This document shows positions 26,795 through 40,279 of a stretch of DNA of 64,000 bases, in pieces; the first letter of the stretch is position 1; each line of letters starts with the position of its first letter. Source of the DNA: Octopus bimaculoides (Eukaryota). The stretch covers positions 34,549,650-34,613,649 of the forward strand of contig NC_069004.1 of NCBI RefSeq assembly GCF_001194135.2. The letters run 5' to 3'. The notes under the pieces are model-generated. The model did no database searches, was not told where the DNA came from, and saw only the letters and a program-made list of their open reading frames with translations. The position numbers and the translations under genes were made by a program.

Positions 26795-27030
26795 ATGGCC
26801 ACCCGGAATACTCGTTGGCACGCCTGGCCAAATGCTTGGCGGCATTTCATTCGTCTTGACGTTCTGAGTTCGAATCCCGTCGAGGTCGACTTTGCCTTTC
26901 ATTAAGTACGCAACTGGTACTTAATTTATCGACCCTGAAAGGATGAAAGGCAAAGTCGACCTCGACGGAATTCGAAATCAGAATGTAAAGACGGACGAAA
27001 TGCCGCTAAGCACTTTGCCCGACGTGCAAC
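26795..27030. mobile_element. SINE family A fold-back pair (+ copy then - copy)
   Basis: The family signature GAGGTCGACTTTGCCTTTCAT occurs on both strands ~40 nt apart. Family A is the most frequent interspersed repeat here: ~6425-6530(-), 11484-11710, 18770-18890, 24905-25090, 28780-28975(-), 28960-29130(-), 32720-33030, 36770-36895(-), 37145-37340(-), 39205-39375, 47040-47240(-), 49150-49275(-), 49520-49730, 55190-55410 and 61750-61925. Confidence 0.9.
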
Positions 27031-27062
27031 AACAATGACAACGAGGAGCAGTATGAGTGTGT

Positions 27063-27101
<39 letters not shown>

Positions 27102-27257
27102 GGTGGTGGACGGAGTAGAGTAAAGGTGTAGAGAGAGAGAATAGGGATGTATTGCAATAGTACAAGACGATGATGTGAAGAATGTAATATGGCTGACTTA
27201 AAGTTAAAATGGATGAGTATATCTACAGGGCAACACCAGCAATATGGAAACAAAAGG

Positions 27258-27297
<40 letters not shown>

Positions 27298-27536
27298 TAG
27301 GTGACACAGAAAGCCTTCACAGCCAGATACAGTGGAAAGCAGAGAAGCAACAACAACAACAAGAGACGCGAAAGAAATTACTCCGAAGAATGATGGACCA
27401 AATCTTAGAGTGTCTCTAATCTAATCTAATCTAATTAGTGATAATCAGGCCGACAGGATGTGAGTGCGCGTGTGTGTGTGTGTGTGCGCGCACGTACATA
27501 CACATGTTCATATGTGTGTGTGTGTATATAGACACA

Positions 27537-27568
<32 letters not shown>

Positions 27569-27594
27569 AGTGTATGTGTAGTATATCTAAATTC

Positions 27595-27629
<35 letters not shown>

Positions 27630-27671
27630 TGTATGTGTAGTATANNNNNNNNNNNNNNNNNNNNNNNNNNN

Positions 27672-27722
<51 letters not shown>

Positions 27723-27929
27723 TGTGTGTACATATATACACACCTTGGTGTGTGTGTGTGCATGTGATTGCATGAACTAACATATATGAATATACGTATG
27801 TATATATTTACATTGCATCATATATGAAAATATATATGCGTAAATAGACAACTACACACACACACATACATACATAAACGCCTATGTATGTATGTGTGTG
27901 TGTATTTACACAGGCACTCACAGAGACAG

Positions 27930-27968
<39 letters not shown>

Positions 27969-28457
27969 GAACACCCCCACCGCACCGCCACCGAGTGTAT
28001 ATAACCAGCCTGGGTTTATAACAATGCAATGTGACAGCTAAAGACATTAGATTTCGTATTTTCGTTCACTGACTCTTTTACTAAGTACTCACCATTTCCA
28101 AAGACACGATTATGGTCCATTTACCGCTTAATTCACTCCAACAAGCAACGCAAAAAAAACAAAAAACAAAACTCCATTCTATTCTCCAAATTCTTTCTCT
28201 TATCTACGTATGTATGTATGTATGTGCGTATACGTATATATACGTGTGTGTGTGTGTGTGTGTGTGTGTATTTTGAGTGAGTAGTTGTTGTTGCTTTTGA
28301 TGTTGTTGTTGTTCCTGTGGTCGTTATTGCTGTTGTAGAATGTTATTTTCATCATTATACACTCGCCTTATATATATTATGTTCGTTCTCATAATCACTT
28401 TTTCTTGTCAATCTGTCACTCAGTACACTTAGGAACGCCCGCTCACACACAACACTT

Positions 28458-28490
<33 letters not shown>

Positions 28491-29599
28491 CATATATATA
28501 TAGAGAGAGAGAGATACACACACAAGCACACATATAAACGTATATATCTGTAAACACAGAGACATACATGCATGCACATATGCAAAAATATACAGAGAGG
28601 CATGTACACGCACGTGTTCATCAATGCATATATACAATTGGATACGTATACACACACACAAATACTTATATAAAACCGTTTCGAGCAAAATGCTCATTAC
28701 CAAGGAGTGAACAATAACCATCGTTGGTGCTAACGATCTCCGTGCGATGTTTAAAAATAATAATAATAACAATCTTTACTATAGGCACAATTTAGAGGGG
28801 GGCAGTCGATTAGATCGACCCCAGTACACAACTGGTTCTTAATTTATCGACCCCGAAAGGATGAAAGGCAAAGTCGACCTCGGTGGACTATGAACTCAGG
28901 ACGTAAAGACACACAAAATACCACTAAGCATTTCGCCCGTTGTGCTAACGATTCTGCCAGCTCGCCGCCTTTTGGCACAAGGCCAGCAATTTGTGTGAAA
29001 GGGGTAGTCAATTACAGCTACCCCAGTACAAAACTAATTCTTTTATTATTGACCCTGAAGGGAAGAAAGGCGAAATCGGCAACCGCCGACATTCGAACTC
29101 AAACATTAAGTCGGAAGAAATATCACCGAGCATCTTGTTTCAGCCATTTGACTGCCGCCATGCTGGAGCATCGTTTTTAGTCGAACTAATCGACCCTAGG
29201 ACTTATTCTTTGTAAGCCTAGTGCTTGTTCTATCGTTCTCTTATACCGAACCGCTAAGTTACAGGAACGTAAACATACCAACATCGGTAGAGTAAAAATT
29301 GGAATCAAAGGGATCCATAGGTAAAAACTGGTTGCGAAGCACTGCTCTAGTGTATGGAATGAGTGGAACTCAGCTGTTATTTCTCGTTGTTTGTGCGACC
29401 GTGTAGAGGCTTCCTTGTTGGCTCACAACGGAAGAAATCGATATTGTTGTTTTTTCAGCCCTGGATTAATCCAGTTCTATCACATGATCAAAGACATTCC
29501 AGCCGTGACCATCTTGTTTTCCTTTATGTATCGTGGACGACCATTAGCCCTTATTTTTTAAGCGGTATGGTTTCAATCGAGAGCGGATCGAACTTCAGT

Positions 29600-29998
29600 G
29601 GCTGGGAACAAGAAGGAGCGGGAGGAGTAGGAATGAAGAAGAAGAAAAGTATAGAATAAGTTAGGGGAGATGATGATGACGATGATGCTGACAATGGTCA
29701 TGATGGTGGTGGTGATGATGATGATGATGAGGAGGAAATATCTTGATAAAACTGAACAGAGACAATTTACGAAACCGAAAACGCCATTAACAACAACAAC
29801 AACGATGACGACGATAACACATCGATGGACGTCACATAGAAAAATCAGGGAACGGAGAAGATGCAGCATCACCTACATCGCCACCACCACAGACACTAAT
29901 ATCATCATCATCATCATCAACACGAAAACAATGAATGCTTCTCGGTTTATCAGATCTGACACAGAAAAAGGAAGAGAAACACCAAAAATAACAACAGA

Positions 29999-30039
<41 letters not shown>

Positions 30040-30046
30040 TAATAAA

Positions 30047-30090
<44 letters not shown>

Positions 30091-32450
30091 TAATGATGAT
30101 AATAAATAAAAGCCGAAAATCAGAAAAAGGGAGTAAAAGAGCCCTAAAAGCTTATCTTATTTTGATCCTGGATATTATAGCCTTAAACATAATGTAGGGA
30201 CTCGGTTTGGTCACTAACAGAATTATGAGGTTCTTCTTGTCTCTCGGTCGCCGCCATGGAACTAGAGAGGGCTGGGGGTGGCGGTGGTGGTGGGGGTGTT
30301 GGTGGTAGTAGTAGTGGTAGAGGAAAATGAGGAGCAGAGAGAGAGAGAGGTAGTAATGGTATTAGTGGTTGTGGTGGTGTTGATGAAAATGAGTTGGTGG
30401 CAGATCAGTGATGGTTGTGATGGGGATGCTGGGGCAGGTGGTGGTGGTGGTGTGGTGGTAGTGGTGGTGAAGATGAGATGGGGTCGTGGGGATGGTGGTA
30501 ATGAGCGAGGTGAGGATAAGGGTGTAATGGCGAAAATGACAGAGAGAGAGAGAGAGAAAGAGAGACAGTGTTTAGGTTGTAGTAGCGAGTGGCAGTCATA
30601 ATAAGAGATACATTGGTGGGGTGGGGAAAATGAGGGGCAGTGGGAGGTTGTAGTGGCAAAAATGAGAAGTAAAGGGAAAGGGTCAGGGGAATATAATAGG
30701 GGATGGGCGTAAATGAAATGAGACGGAGGGACTGCGCGGCGGTATTAGTGGTGGTGGTGGTGGTAAATAGATGAGGTTTAGAGGTGGATGAAAACGAAAG
30801 AGGAGGTAGGGGTTAAAAGAGAGGTAGAGGGAATAGATAATGAGAAGCTGAAATTGAGATAAGGGTGTCCATTGGGGTGGTGAAAATACGACAGAGGTAG
30901 TTAAGAAGGGTAGAGAATATTTGAGAGAGGTGGGGTAGAAAGTAAGAGAAATACAAAGAAGAGAGAGCAAGAGAAATAAAGGTGAGAAAGAGAGAGAGGA
31001 AGCGAAAGAGAAAGAGAGAGTTAAAGAGATGGTAATAGATATATAAGCAGATAGATAAATAGAGAGCGAGCAGGACAGGTAGGTAAGAATTATCACCACC
31101 AAATGGATAGAGAAATGAAGAGGTAGAGAGTGACAGGAAGAGAGGATGGGAGACAAAAGAAAAGGGAGATAGAAAGAAAGAAAAGCAAGAGAAACAGTGA
31201 GAGAGAGAGGTGATAGTTATAGATAGGGGTGGAGAGATAAAGAGAGGTGGGCATGACAGGGAAGGGAAATAGATGAAGATATGATAGAGGGAGGAGGGTT
31301 AAAGGAGGAGGATGGGAAAAAGGAAGGAAAAATGGAGTGAGAGAGAGAGAACATAGCAAAAGAAAGAGAGAAGATGTGAGGAAAGAGAGAAGATGTGAGG
31401 AAAGAGAAAGAAATAATGAAAAAGGAATAGAGAGAAAGGGGTGAAGGGGGAAGAGCGGGAAAGAAATATAAAAGGGTATTTGAGATAACGATAGGTGGAG
31501 AGGGAGGTGACTGGTGGCGATGGGGAACGTTTGAGTTGTGGTGGTGGTGGTGGAGGTAGGCGGGTATTGTATTGGTGTGAATTGTGATGGTTGTGGTGAT
31601 GGTGACGGTGGTTGTAGTGATGGTGGTGGTGGTGATGGTGACGGCGGTTGTAGTGGTGGTGGTGGTGGTGATGGTGACGGCGGTTGTAGTGGTGGTGGTT
31701 GTGGTGACCCTTTAGGAGCATCAAATGGTGACGGTTTTAGTTGTGCTAACATTAGTTGCTGTTGTTGGTACTGTTGTTGTAGTGGCCTCAGTGTTGGAGG
31801 AGGCTGTGGTGACAGTGGTAGTGGATGTTGCATTAGTGTGAATGGTGGTGAATGGCTGTGGTGGTGGTTCTTACGACAGTCAAATGGTGACGGCAGCTAA
31901 TAATGGTGGCAGTTGCAGTGATAGTTGTTAGTGTGGTGGTAGTGGTGGTTGTCTACGTGGTGTTGATGGTAGCGATGGTGCTAGTATAGAAGATAAAAAA
32001 AAGCAAGGAGTGAGGGCAGTGGAGTTAGCCTTCATCGTAGAAGGTTAAATCAATGGATAGGGAAGTGAAGGTAGATGGATGGGTAGGTAGGTAGGCAGGT
32101 AAGTAGGTAGGTAGGTATGAATGTAGATAACTAGGTAGGTGGCGGGTAGGTAAGGTGAGAGCTTCCAAGGCTCTCTACAAGCCAGAGGTGCCATTTACGA
32201 AGCTGGAACGATGTTCCGTTCCTTCATTTGATTGTTAAATGTTGTCGGACAAAGAGGAACATTCTTTGTGTTTCGTGTATTTATTTATTTATTGAGTGAA
32301 GGTGTGAGGGAGTGAAGTAGAAGAGAGAGAGAGAGAGAGAGAGAGAGTGACAGAGAGAGAAAGAGAGAGAAAGAGAGAGAGGGGTAGAAAGGACAGAGGA
32401 ACTGAATGAAATCCGAAGAGAAAAAAAAAGAGGTGAGAAGAGATAAAAGA
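29600..32450. repeat. Extended low-complexity tract: (GAT)n, (AAT)n, (GGT)n, (GA)n and a 36-nt GGT-rich minisatellite
   Basis: Purine-biased top strand over ~2.8 kb. A 36-nt unit is repeated ~3 times at ~31600-31700. Confidence 0.85.
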
Positions 32451-33781
32451 CAGAAGAAAGATGGGGGTGTTGTAAACGGAGAGAAAAATACATTATCTCA
32501 TCAGAATTCCGAGCTGTAGCCCATATTATCGCGATCGATTACATATCGATGTCAAAATCACCATAATTCTCATCATTAACAACATTGCCACTTACAGATC
32601 CATCGTCATCGTCACATCCGCCGCCGCCGATATCGCCATCGACGTCGCTGTCATCGTGACCAACATCATCGCTGACATCACGCTAATGGTGATCGCCACA
32701 ATTTGTTACCATTATTAAATTCTGGCAGAATCGTTAGCACGCCGGGCAAAATGTGTTCTGAGCTCCAATTCCGACGAGGCCTTTCATCCTTTCGGGATCG
32801 ATAAACTAAGTACGATTTGAGAACTGGGGGTCGATGTAATCGATTATCCTCCACCGTTCAAAACCAAAATGGCTCTGTGCCAAAATCTGAAATCCTTCTC
32901 ATTTTGTGGCCAAATCGTTAGAGTCGGACAAAACGCTTAGTGAGATGTACAAAAGTACGAAAATTTACATCCTTGAGTTCAAATCTTGCTGAGGTCAACA
33001 TATCATTCATCCGACATGGGTCGTTAAAATACATCAAGTGTGTGTGAATGAATAAGTATGTGTGTGTGCGTGTGTATGTGTGTGTGTGTTTGTGTGTGTG
33101 TGTACTCTGTGCAGTTCCCAGTCAACTTGGTATTCATAATACATTTAACTTTATTCTTAGCATCATGGCTGACATGATGGTTGTGTTGTTATTCTTAAAC
33201 TTGCTTTAACAAAATGACTTTAATCATACCTGTGTGTATGTGCGCACGCACACATACACACACACACACACGTGTGTGTCCATATGAATAGATGAGGACG
33301 CTTTGAATTGATGCAAACTAAACATGAAAAATGCCGCCCGACTGCAACAGGGAGACATGCCTACAAAACGTTTAGAAAATATCGCTCTGCGGCAGAGACA
33401 GGATATCTAACGCCTACGAACATGCAATAGTGTCGGAGCCATGTTGGTTATATATCACGCTGTGTCAAAGATATGTTACATTAATATATTAAAATGGCGT
33501 CTTGCGAGAGAAACGTTAACTAAACAGCAAATGATGTCTGCTGCCGTTTGAGAGATGTAACGAAAAGATTCTTAAATTTTGAATAAAGGCATTGTAGGGT
33601 TACTATATTCAAATAAGGGCCATGGCATCCGCAGTAAGACTTGCAACTGTTAGAAATTAATGGGAAAAGGAAATGAAGAAAATACTACGAGATAGGTAGG
33701 TAAATAAATGGAATGATACACTGACAGGTGATCTACGTGTCTGTGTGTACGTGTATGAGTAAAAATATATATATATATATA

Positions 33782-34130
33782 TACAGGTGTTGGACAAAAT
33801 AATGGAAGCACCTAGCACCATAATTTTGAATTATCTATAAAACCATCAAAAACTTGTTTATTTTTATGTTTCTTGATTTATTATTAGTGTTGCTTAATAT
33901 GTTATGTTAAAATTGCTGTTTCGTTTCAGATATCATCAAAAAAAGGTAATTAAGATTCATTAAAATGACAGATCTATCGGACTTTCAAAGAGGTCAAATT
34001 GTTGGTGCTTGAATAGCAGGCGCTAGCGTAACGAAAACAGTCGAAATAAGTACTGTCTCGAAGGTAATAACAGCCTTTGAGAAAGACGGAAAAACCTCCT
34101 CGTGGAAACAAAACTCCGGAAGAAAAACGT
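33782..34130 (+). mobile_element. Tc1-family transposon 5' remnant
   Basis: TA + CAGGTGTTGGACAAAATAATGGAA TIR. ATG at 33965 gives MTDLSDFQRGQIVGA*IAGASVTKTVE..ISTVSKVITAFEKDGKTSSWKQNSGRK, a Tc1 paired-like HTH N-terminus with a premature stop and a deletion. Confidence 0.9.
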
Positions 34131-34845
34131 TATGCCATTTTGTTTAGGACAGGTATAATTACCAACACAGGAACAAAGCAAAGAATTCTCATACAATGCG
34201 TGACGGTCCTCCTGTCCGAGAATTACATGAAAAATACACATGTCTGCGGTATACTCGGCCACTTACATGGTTATTCAGTACGTCTCGTATTTCAGTTTAT
34301 CGAACATTTCTGAACGAGATCCATACATCAAAACAAAGCGGGATTAATAAGGGATTAGTAATCCGAACAAAAATATTTAAGCTCTCTGCAGATACAAGTC
34401 AACCAGGCTAACAAAGTTATGTGATTTACCTGGAATTCAATACCAATCACAAGACCTGTGTGTGTGTGTGTCCTACGATGCACATGTGTGTATGGAAAAC
34501 TAAGTTTGAGTTTACCGGCGTTAAATCCGATCTTTATGTCTCTAGTGTGAATATATCTATGTTGCCTTTGATCTGAAGACACTTGTATCATAGCTCCTGG
34601 ATTTTACACAGAGTTGTGTGTGTGTGCGTGTGCGTGTGCGTGTGTGTGTGTGTGTGTGATCGAATATCGAATCCTAATCTTGAATTGATCTTTTACAATT
34701 GTTCAAACGATTCATTTGTAGAACTGTATGTATAGAACCCAGAGCTATGATTTAAGGGGTTTCAGATCCAAGAAAACACAGATAATTGCGTATTGTATAC
34801 ACACACACACAAACACGGATATTACGAAGAGAGAGAGAGGGAGGG

Positions 34846-34876
<31 letters not shown>

Positions 34877-35667
34877 GAGAGAGANNNNNNNNNNGGAGAG
34901 AGAGGGAGAGAGAGGGAGAGAGAGAGAGAGGGAGAGAGAGGGAGAGAGAGAGAGAGAGAGACACACACACAAGCAGTGAGGGAGAGAGAGAAAGAGAGAT
35001 AGAGAGCATAGGGATATATATACATATGTGTGTATATATATATATCGACACTAACATAAGGAAAAGTGCGCACAATTCGCCATATTCGTATATACATACA
35101 TGATATACACACATAATTATACATACGTATGCACGGATATAGGGATATATACATTAAAAAAAAATCTCGCTAGATCGAAGTGTGGTTAATATTACATATC
35201 CCTACTTCACAACAACGAGAACAAGAACAACACATTAGATTAAAAGCAAATATTTACATAGACACCCGAATCTAATTTCCCGCCTATAATTGATTTTGGG
35301 CGGAAGAATTGGATGGGACACGGATTGGAATGCAAGCCTGTTATAATGGAGGCAACCACCAGATATCGCCTAAGGGGATTTATTGCAAGTGTGTGTGCGT
35401 GCGTGCGTGAGTATATGTGTGTCTATATATATATATATGTATGTATATATTTTTATAAATGCATAATCATATATACTTACATATAGTATACCTACACAAA
35501 ACTATAGATATATTTGCATATATATACACATATATAATTATATACATACACAAAGCATACATGCGTAAATATGTATACATATACAGACATACACACACAC
35601 ATATATACCTAGATATTGATACACACACACACACACATATACAAGTAGATATATATTCACAGACCTT

Positions 35668-35718
<51 letters not shown>

Positions 35719-36933
35719 ACGTATCTATGGAATTCCCAGCAACCTATCATCAATTGAGGTGCAGGTAATTCAGTCACTCGAACAAGCTGTCCTCGTGGTA
35801 AAACGACGGAGTTCCCATCTTCATCTAATATTAGCTGTCTCAATCAGTAACTATTTATCACTTTTAAGATTGCTTGATGTGACTTAACGGTAATTTAACT
35901 GCTATTTCTGTCAGATCAGGTGATCACTGAGACGCTCGACGCTGCTATTGTTATTTCGCCTTTCATTTTGTCATTGCGATTGTCGATGTTTTTTCTGTTT
36001 CAGCTCAACCGTGGTTGATCCCTGATGAGGCAGACCTCTGATCCAAGCAAAACCATCAGTCACTACTATTCCGTATTTTTAAACGTATGGAAGCTTATAG
36101 TCTCTAATACTTGAGTCACTTCCTTAAGTACGATTCTAGTGCGTTTCTGTTGCTATAACTAACACGCCATGTTACAACGTACAAGTTCCCAGATCGTATC
36201 ATCGCTATATTTATTATTTTTATTATTTTGGTCAGTTTTATCGATTATTTCATTGCCAAGGTCTTGTTATTGCCAAAGCGCTCGCCATACTTATATTTGT
36301 GTTGTTTTCTAGTTGTTCCCCTTCTTCATTATTATCATTATTGTTATTATTATTATTATTATTATTATGATGTTATTTTTTCCCCCTTAATATCGACGTC
36401 GTCAAAGCAGACATTATTATTGTTGGTATTGGCGTTGCTGTTGCTGCTGTAGTCTATTATTGTTGTTGTTGATGATGATGATGATGTTGATGATGATCTT
36501 TTTATTTTCCTCTATTTGAATACGATTGTTCATCTTGTGGTAGTTGCTGTCAAAAATAATCGTTAATATTGCCGCTGTTGTTGTTGTTGTTACTGATGTT
36601 CCGACGCAGACATTATTCTTGTTGTTGTTGTTGTTGATGTAATCACCGCAATACATTTTGCTACCAATGGCAGTTTTATTGCAGGTGCCCTGCCAGCGGA
36701 TACTTATTAACCACCAAAAAGTACATTTTTCATGCTTCTTAAATTACTCATTTCACGGCGATACAACAACAAGGCCAACGACTTTTGAGGGGAGGGTGAT
36801 TTCTTGACTAAATGGATACTAGTACTTGAATTGCACTCGTTACTTCACTTTAGCGTTTAGCCCGTGTGCTAACGATTCTGCTAACTTGCCGCCATAATAA
36901 TAATAATAATGATAATAAAAATAATAATAATAT

Positions 36934-37107
36934 TACATGGAACAGATAGGGGCTGCAATAAAAGCGGAGCACTTGCAGAAAACAGCATTGCTTGGAAACG
37001 CTCAAATACTCCGGATGGTGCTCAAAAAATAAAAGGTGTTACCATAGTTCACTGGTAGTGAACAGCTAACACCGTAGTACATCCCCAGCGTTAGAAGCTG
37101 TGCAAAA
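36934..37107 (+). mobile_element. 5'-truncated R4/Dong-clade non-LTR retrotransposon 3' end
   Basis: YMEQIGAAIKAEHLQKTALLGNAQILRMVLKK* (36934-37032) matches the LQK.ALLGTA.ILR.VL C-terminus. A short 3'UTR follows. Flanked by (TAA)n upstream and (TAG)n(TAA)n downstream. Confidence 0.8.
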
Positions 37108-38067
37108 GTAGTAGTAGTAGTAGTAATAATAATCTTTTCTAATAAAACCACATGGCCTAGGAGGGGACTAGTCGATTACATCGACCCCAGTGTTTCACTG
37201 GTACTTAATTTATCGAGCCCGAAAAGACGAAAGGCAGAGTCGACCTCGGTGGAATTTGAACTCAGAACGTAAAGACGGAAGAAATGCTGCTAAGCACTTT
37301 GCACGGCGTGCTAACGACTCTGCCAGTTCGCTGCCATAAATAATAATAATTTATTATTGCCACAGTGGTAACGACACAATAGACATTACTCAGACAAATT
37401 TACAAAACAAAGTAAGCTTAGAGAATAAAATTTTAGAAAATAGAGAAAGCAATAATTTAAAAACAGAACTAGAAATATAAGACAAGACGTGAACCAATAG
37501 GAGGAGAAACCCCTGGAGACAAGTGGTGGGAAACCTGCCATTCCAGTAGCTCTTACGGATATAGGGTAAGTGCCGACTGTCAGATGTATTCTCTGGCCTT
37601 CATGTATATACAGATAATAGGCCAATACAAGTGGGTCATATCTGACAATTATACCCTTGCCTCTCTGTAAATATGTTGATGATTATGATGACTATGATGA
37701 TGCGCATGTAATAGTAATGATGATGATGATGGTGATGATGTTTTTTTGGTGGGGAGTGAGTTTCCACGAAACTTCGACAGATATAAACATCGTTATATAA
37801 ATAAATAATGTTGATATGAATTTATATTTTATGAAGAAGAGAAGAAGAAGAGGATGGAGTGGGAAGAGGTAGAAGTAATGACAAAATTATACAAATCAGG
37901 GAAAAACTGGAGCAAACTTTTACGTGCACTGATTGCATATACATGCATCCATACACGCTACCAACACATATCTAAGTTTAAACACACACGCACGGGCCTA
38001 TGGGTGTAAATACCGCAACACAATATATGATGCCATATATAATTATATGCATAAATGATAACTATAC

Positions 38068-38128
<61 letters not shown>

Positions 38129-38741
38129 AATATATATATTCATCAGTGTGTGTAGGTGCGGTGTATCATGCATTTTGTATTCCTCTCTTTGTACGGCAAC
38201 TATCAATGAATACATCTGGACGCAATCTGCTAAAATGTAGAAATACAGCTAAAAGACGGATTGAATAAAACCTTGTTCGAATGAATATTTAATCTTCTCC
38301 ACTGATAAGGCTCTGCACGTGTTTAACACAATGCTCTATTGAGCACTTATAAGTTTTCTACCGCAAAATATCCATAAAATAAGTACATAAATAATTATAC
38401 ACACACACACACACACAACAAGAGAAAAAGATTTCTGTTGATTCACTGAAAAGCAATAAATTATAAAACTACACGAGCAGTGGATGGCTGTAAAATGCCA
38501 AAACTGTGAGTTTCTCGTTTCCGCTTTTTCAGGAGACAATCTGAGCCTGTCTATTGCTTCTTAAAATTTCTTTAGGGTTGAATGTGTTTTACTGTATTAT
38601 ATAAAAGCTCTGGAGAAATGCTTATCTTAATTTTCCTTTTAAAATCATGCAAAATAATATCAAATAAACACACGCAAATACACAAATGTTTATATTATTT
38701 TTAATGGACAATACACAAAACTGATTCAAAAGTTATGTTAA

Positions 38742-38964
38742 CCCATTGAGTCCCACTGTCCTATAAATAGGACACTAAATGAAAACATTAAATAAGCTAT
38801 ATCACACCGTCTCAGTGCCCTATTTATAAGACACCGAGTATTTCCATTTCTACTTGAAGTCAAGGAGTTTTAATAATAATTTTCTTTATTTTAACTTATT
38901 TTCCATCATCTGTAAAAATTTAAAAGCAATATTCAGAAATTTAAGTACTCTAGGACTTAATGGG
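38742..38964. mobile_element. piggyBac-type MITE (223 bp)
   Basis: TTAA on both sides (38738-41, 38965-68). Terminal inverted repeats CCCATTGAGTCC / GGACTTAATGGG match 11 of 12. Confidence 0.8.
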
Positions 38965-40021
38965 TTAAATGGCACTTATATACATGACTGTCAAGGGTCA
39001 CATGTTATCTTTTACAAAGAAAAGTTTTTTCAGCGACTTCGAAGTTTATGAAGTCCTATGAAAAGCGAGCAAGTGAAGAATTCGAAGTCACTGCCAACGC
39101 TTTCCATGAGAAAGTTAATCACTATGTGTTCAGTAATACTGCAGTTTAATGTTAGATTGCTTTTATATATAAGTTGGTGTAAAACAATCGTTAATATTGA
39201 TACAATAGTACGCCGGACAAAATGCTTAACGGCATTTCGTCCGTCTTTACGTTCTGGGTGCAAATTCTGCCCAAATCGACCTTACTTTTCATCCTTTTGG
39301 GATCGATAAAATAAGTACCAGTTGGACATTGGGGTCGATGTAATCGGTTTACTGTTTCCCTGGAAATTGTTGGTTCTGTGTGTGTGTGTGTGTGTATATA
39401 CACATACACACATATATGAATACATATATATATATATCTCTCCTCTCTTTCTCTCTATATATACATATATATTTATATATATGTGGCTGTACATGTGAGT
39501 ATACACACACACACGCACACACACATACATATATATGCATTAGACACGTGTGCGTGTATGTTGTATCGTAAAAGTCTCAATTTACCGATAAGTGCTCATT
39601 GCAAAACACAATCGCCACCGCACCTCCGCAGCCCTATTGTAATGAATAAGCACAAACAAGGAACTTGGAAACGGTATCGAATTACAGAAGGAATCGAAAG
39701 AAAAAAGTGTTGGAAGGAGAAAGTTTACAAGTCGTAAATATATTTGCTGTTTGTTGTATTAGAGGCAGCCATATTGTTAACATTTGTGGTTCTGTGGGAA
39801 AATTGCCGAAAATCTGAACCTGGGATACCATAACAGCAGCTAGGCTGATGATTGTGATAGTGATGTTGATGACGATGATGATGATGATCTTGTTGATGAT
39901 GTTCATGAGAATGGTGATGATGATGACGACGTTGTTGAGGGCAATGATGATGATTGTAATGATGATGACAACGATGATAAAGTTAAATTGTATTTAATTG
40001 ATCCTCCTGTACTGTCTTTAT

Positions 40022-40052
<31 letters not shown>

Positions 40053-40239
40053 NNNNNNNNNNNNNNNNNNNNNNNNNNNNNNNNNNNNNNNNNNNNNNNN
40101 NNNNNNNNNNNNNNNNNNNNNNNNNNNNNNNNNNNNNNNNNNNNNNNNNNNNNNNNNNNNNNNNNNNNNNNNNNNNNGTATCTTTCAATACATGTCAACG
40201 CTTTTAAAGCATGCTTTGTTGACTTTCAACGTAAGTTGA

Positions 40240-40279
<40 letters not shown>

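Noticed and set aside
28672-28705. GAGC-ATTTT-GCTC-GAAAC on minus, hammerhead-like stem II
   Set aside because: The catalytic core and stem I are absent. At most a heavily decayed relative.
36020-36065. CTGATGAG hammerhead-like core
   Set aside because: The GAAA box and stems are missing, and the sequence aligns with repeat family D.
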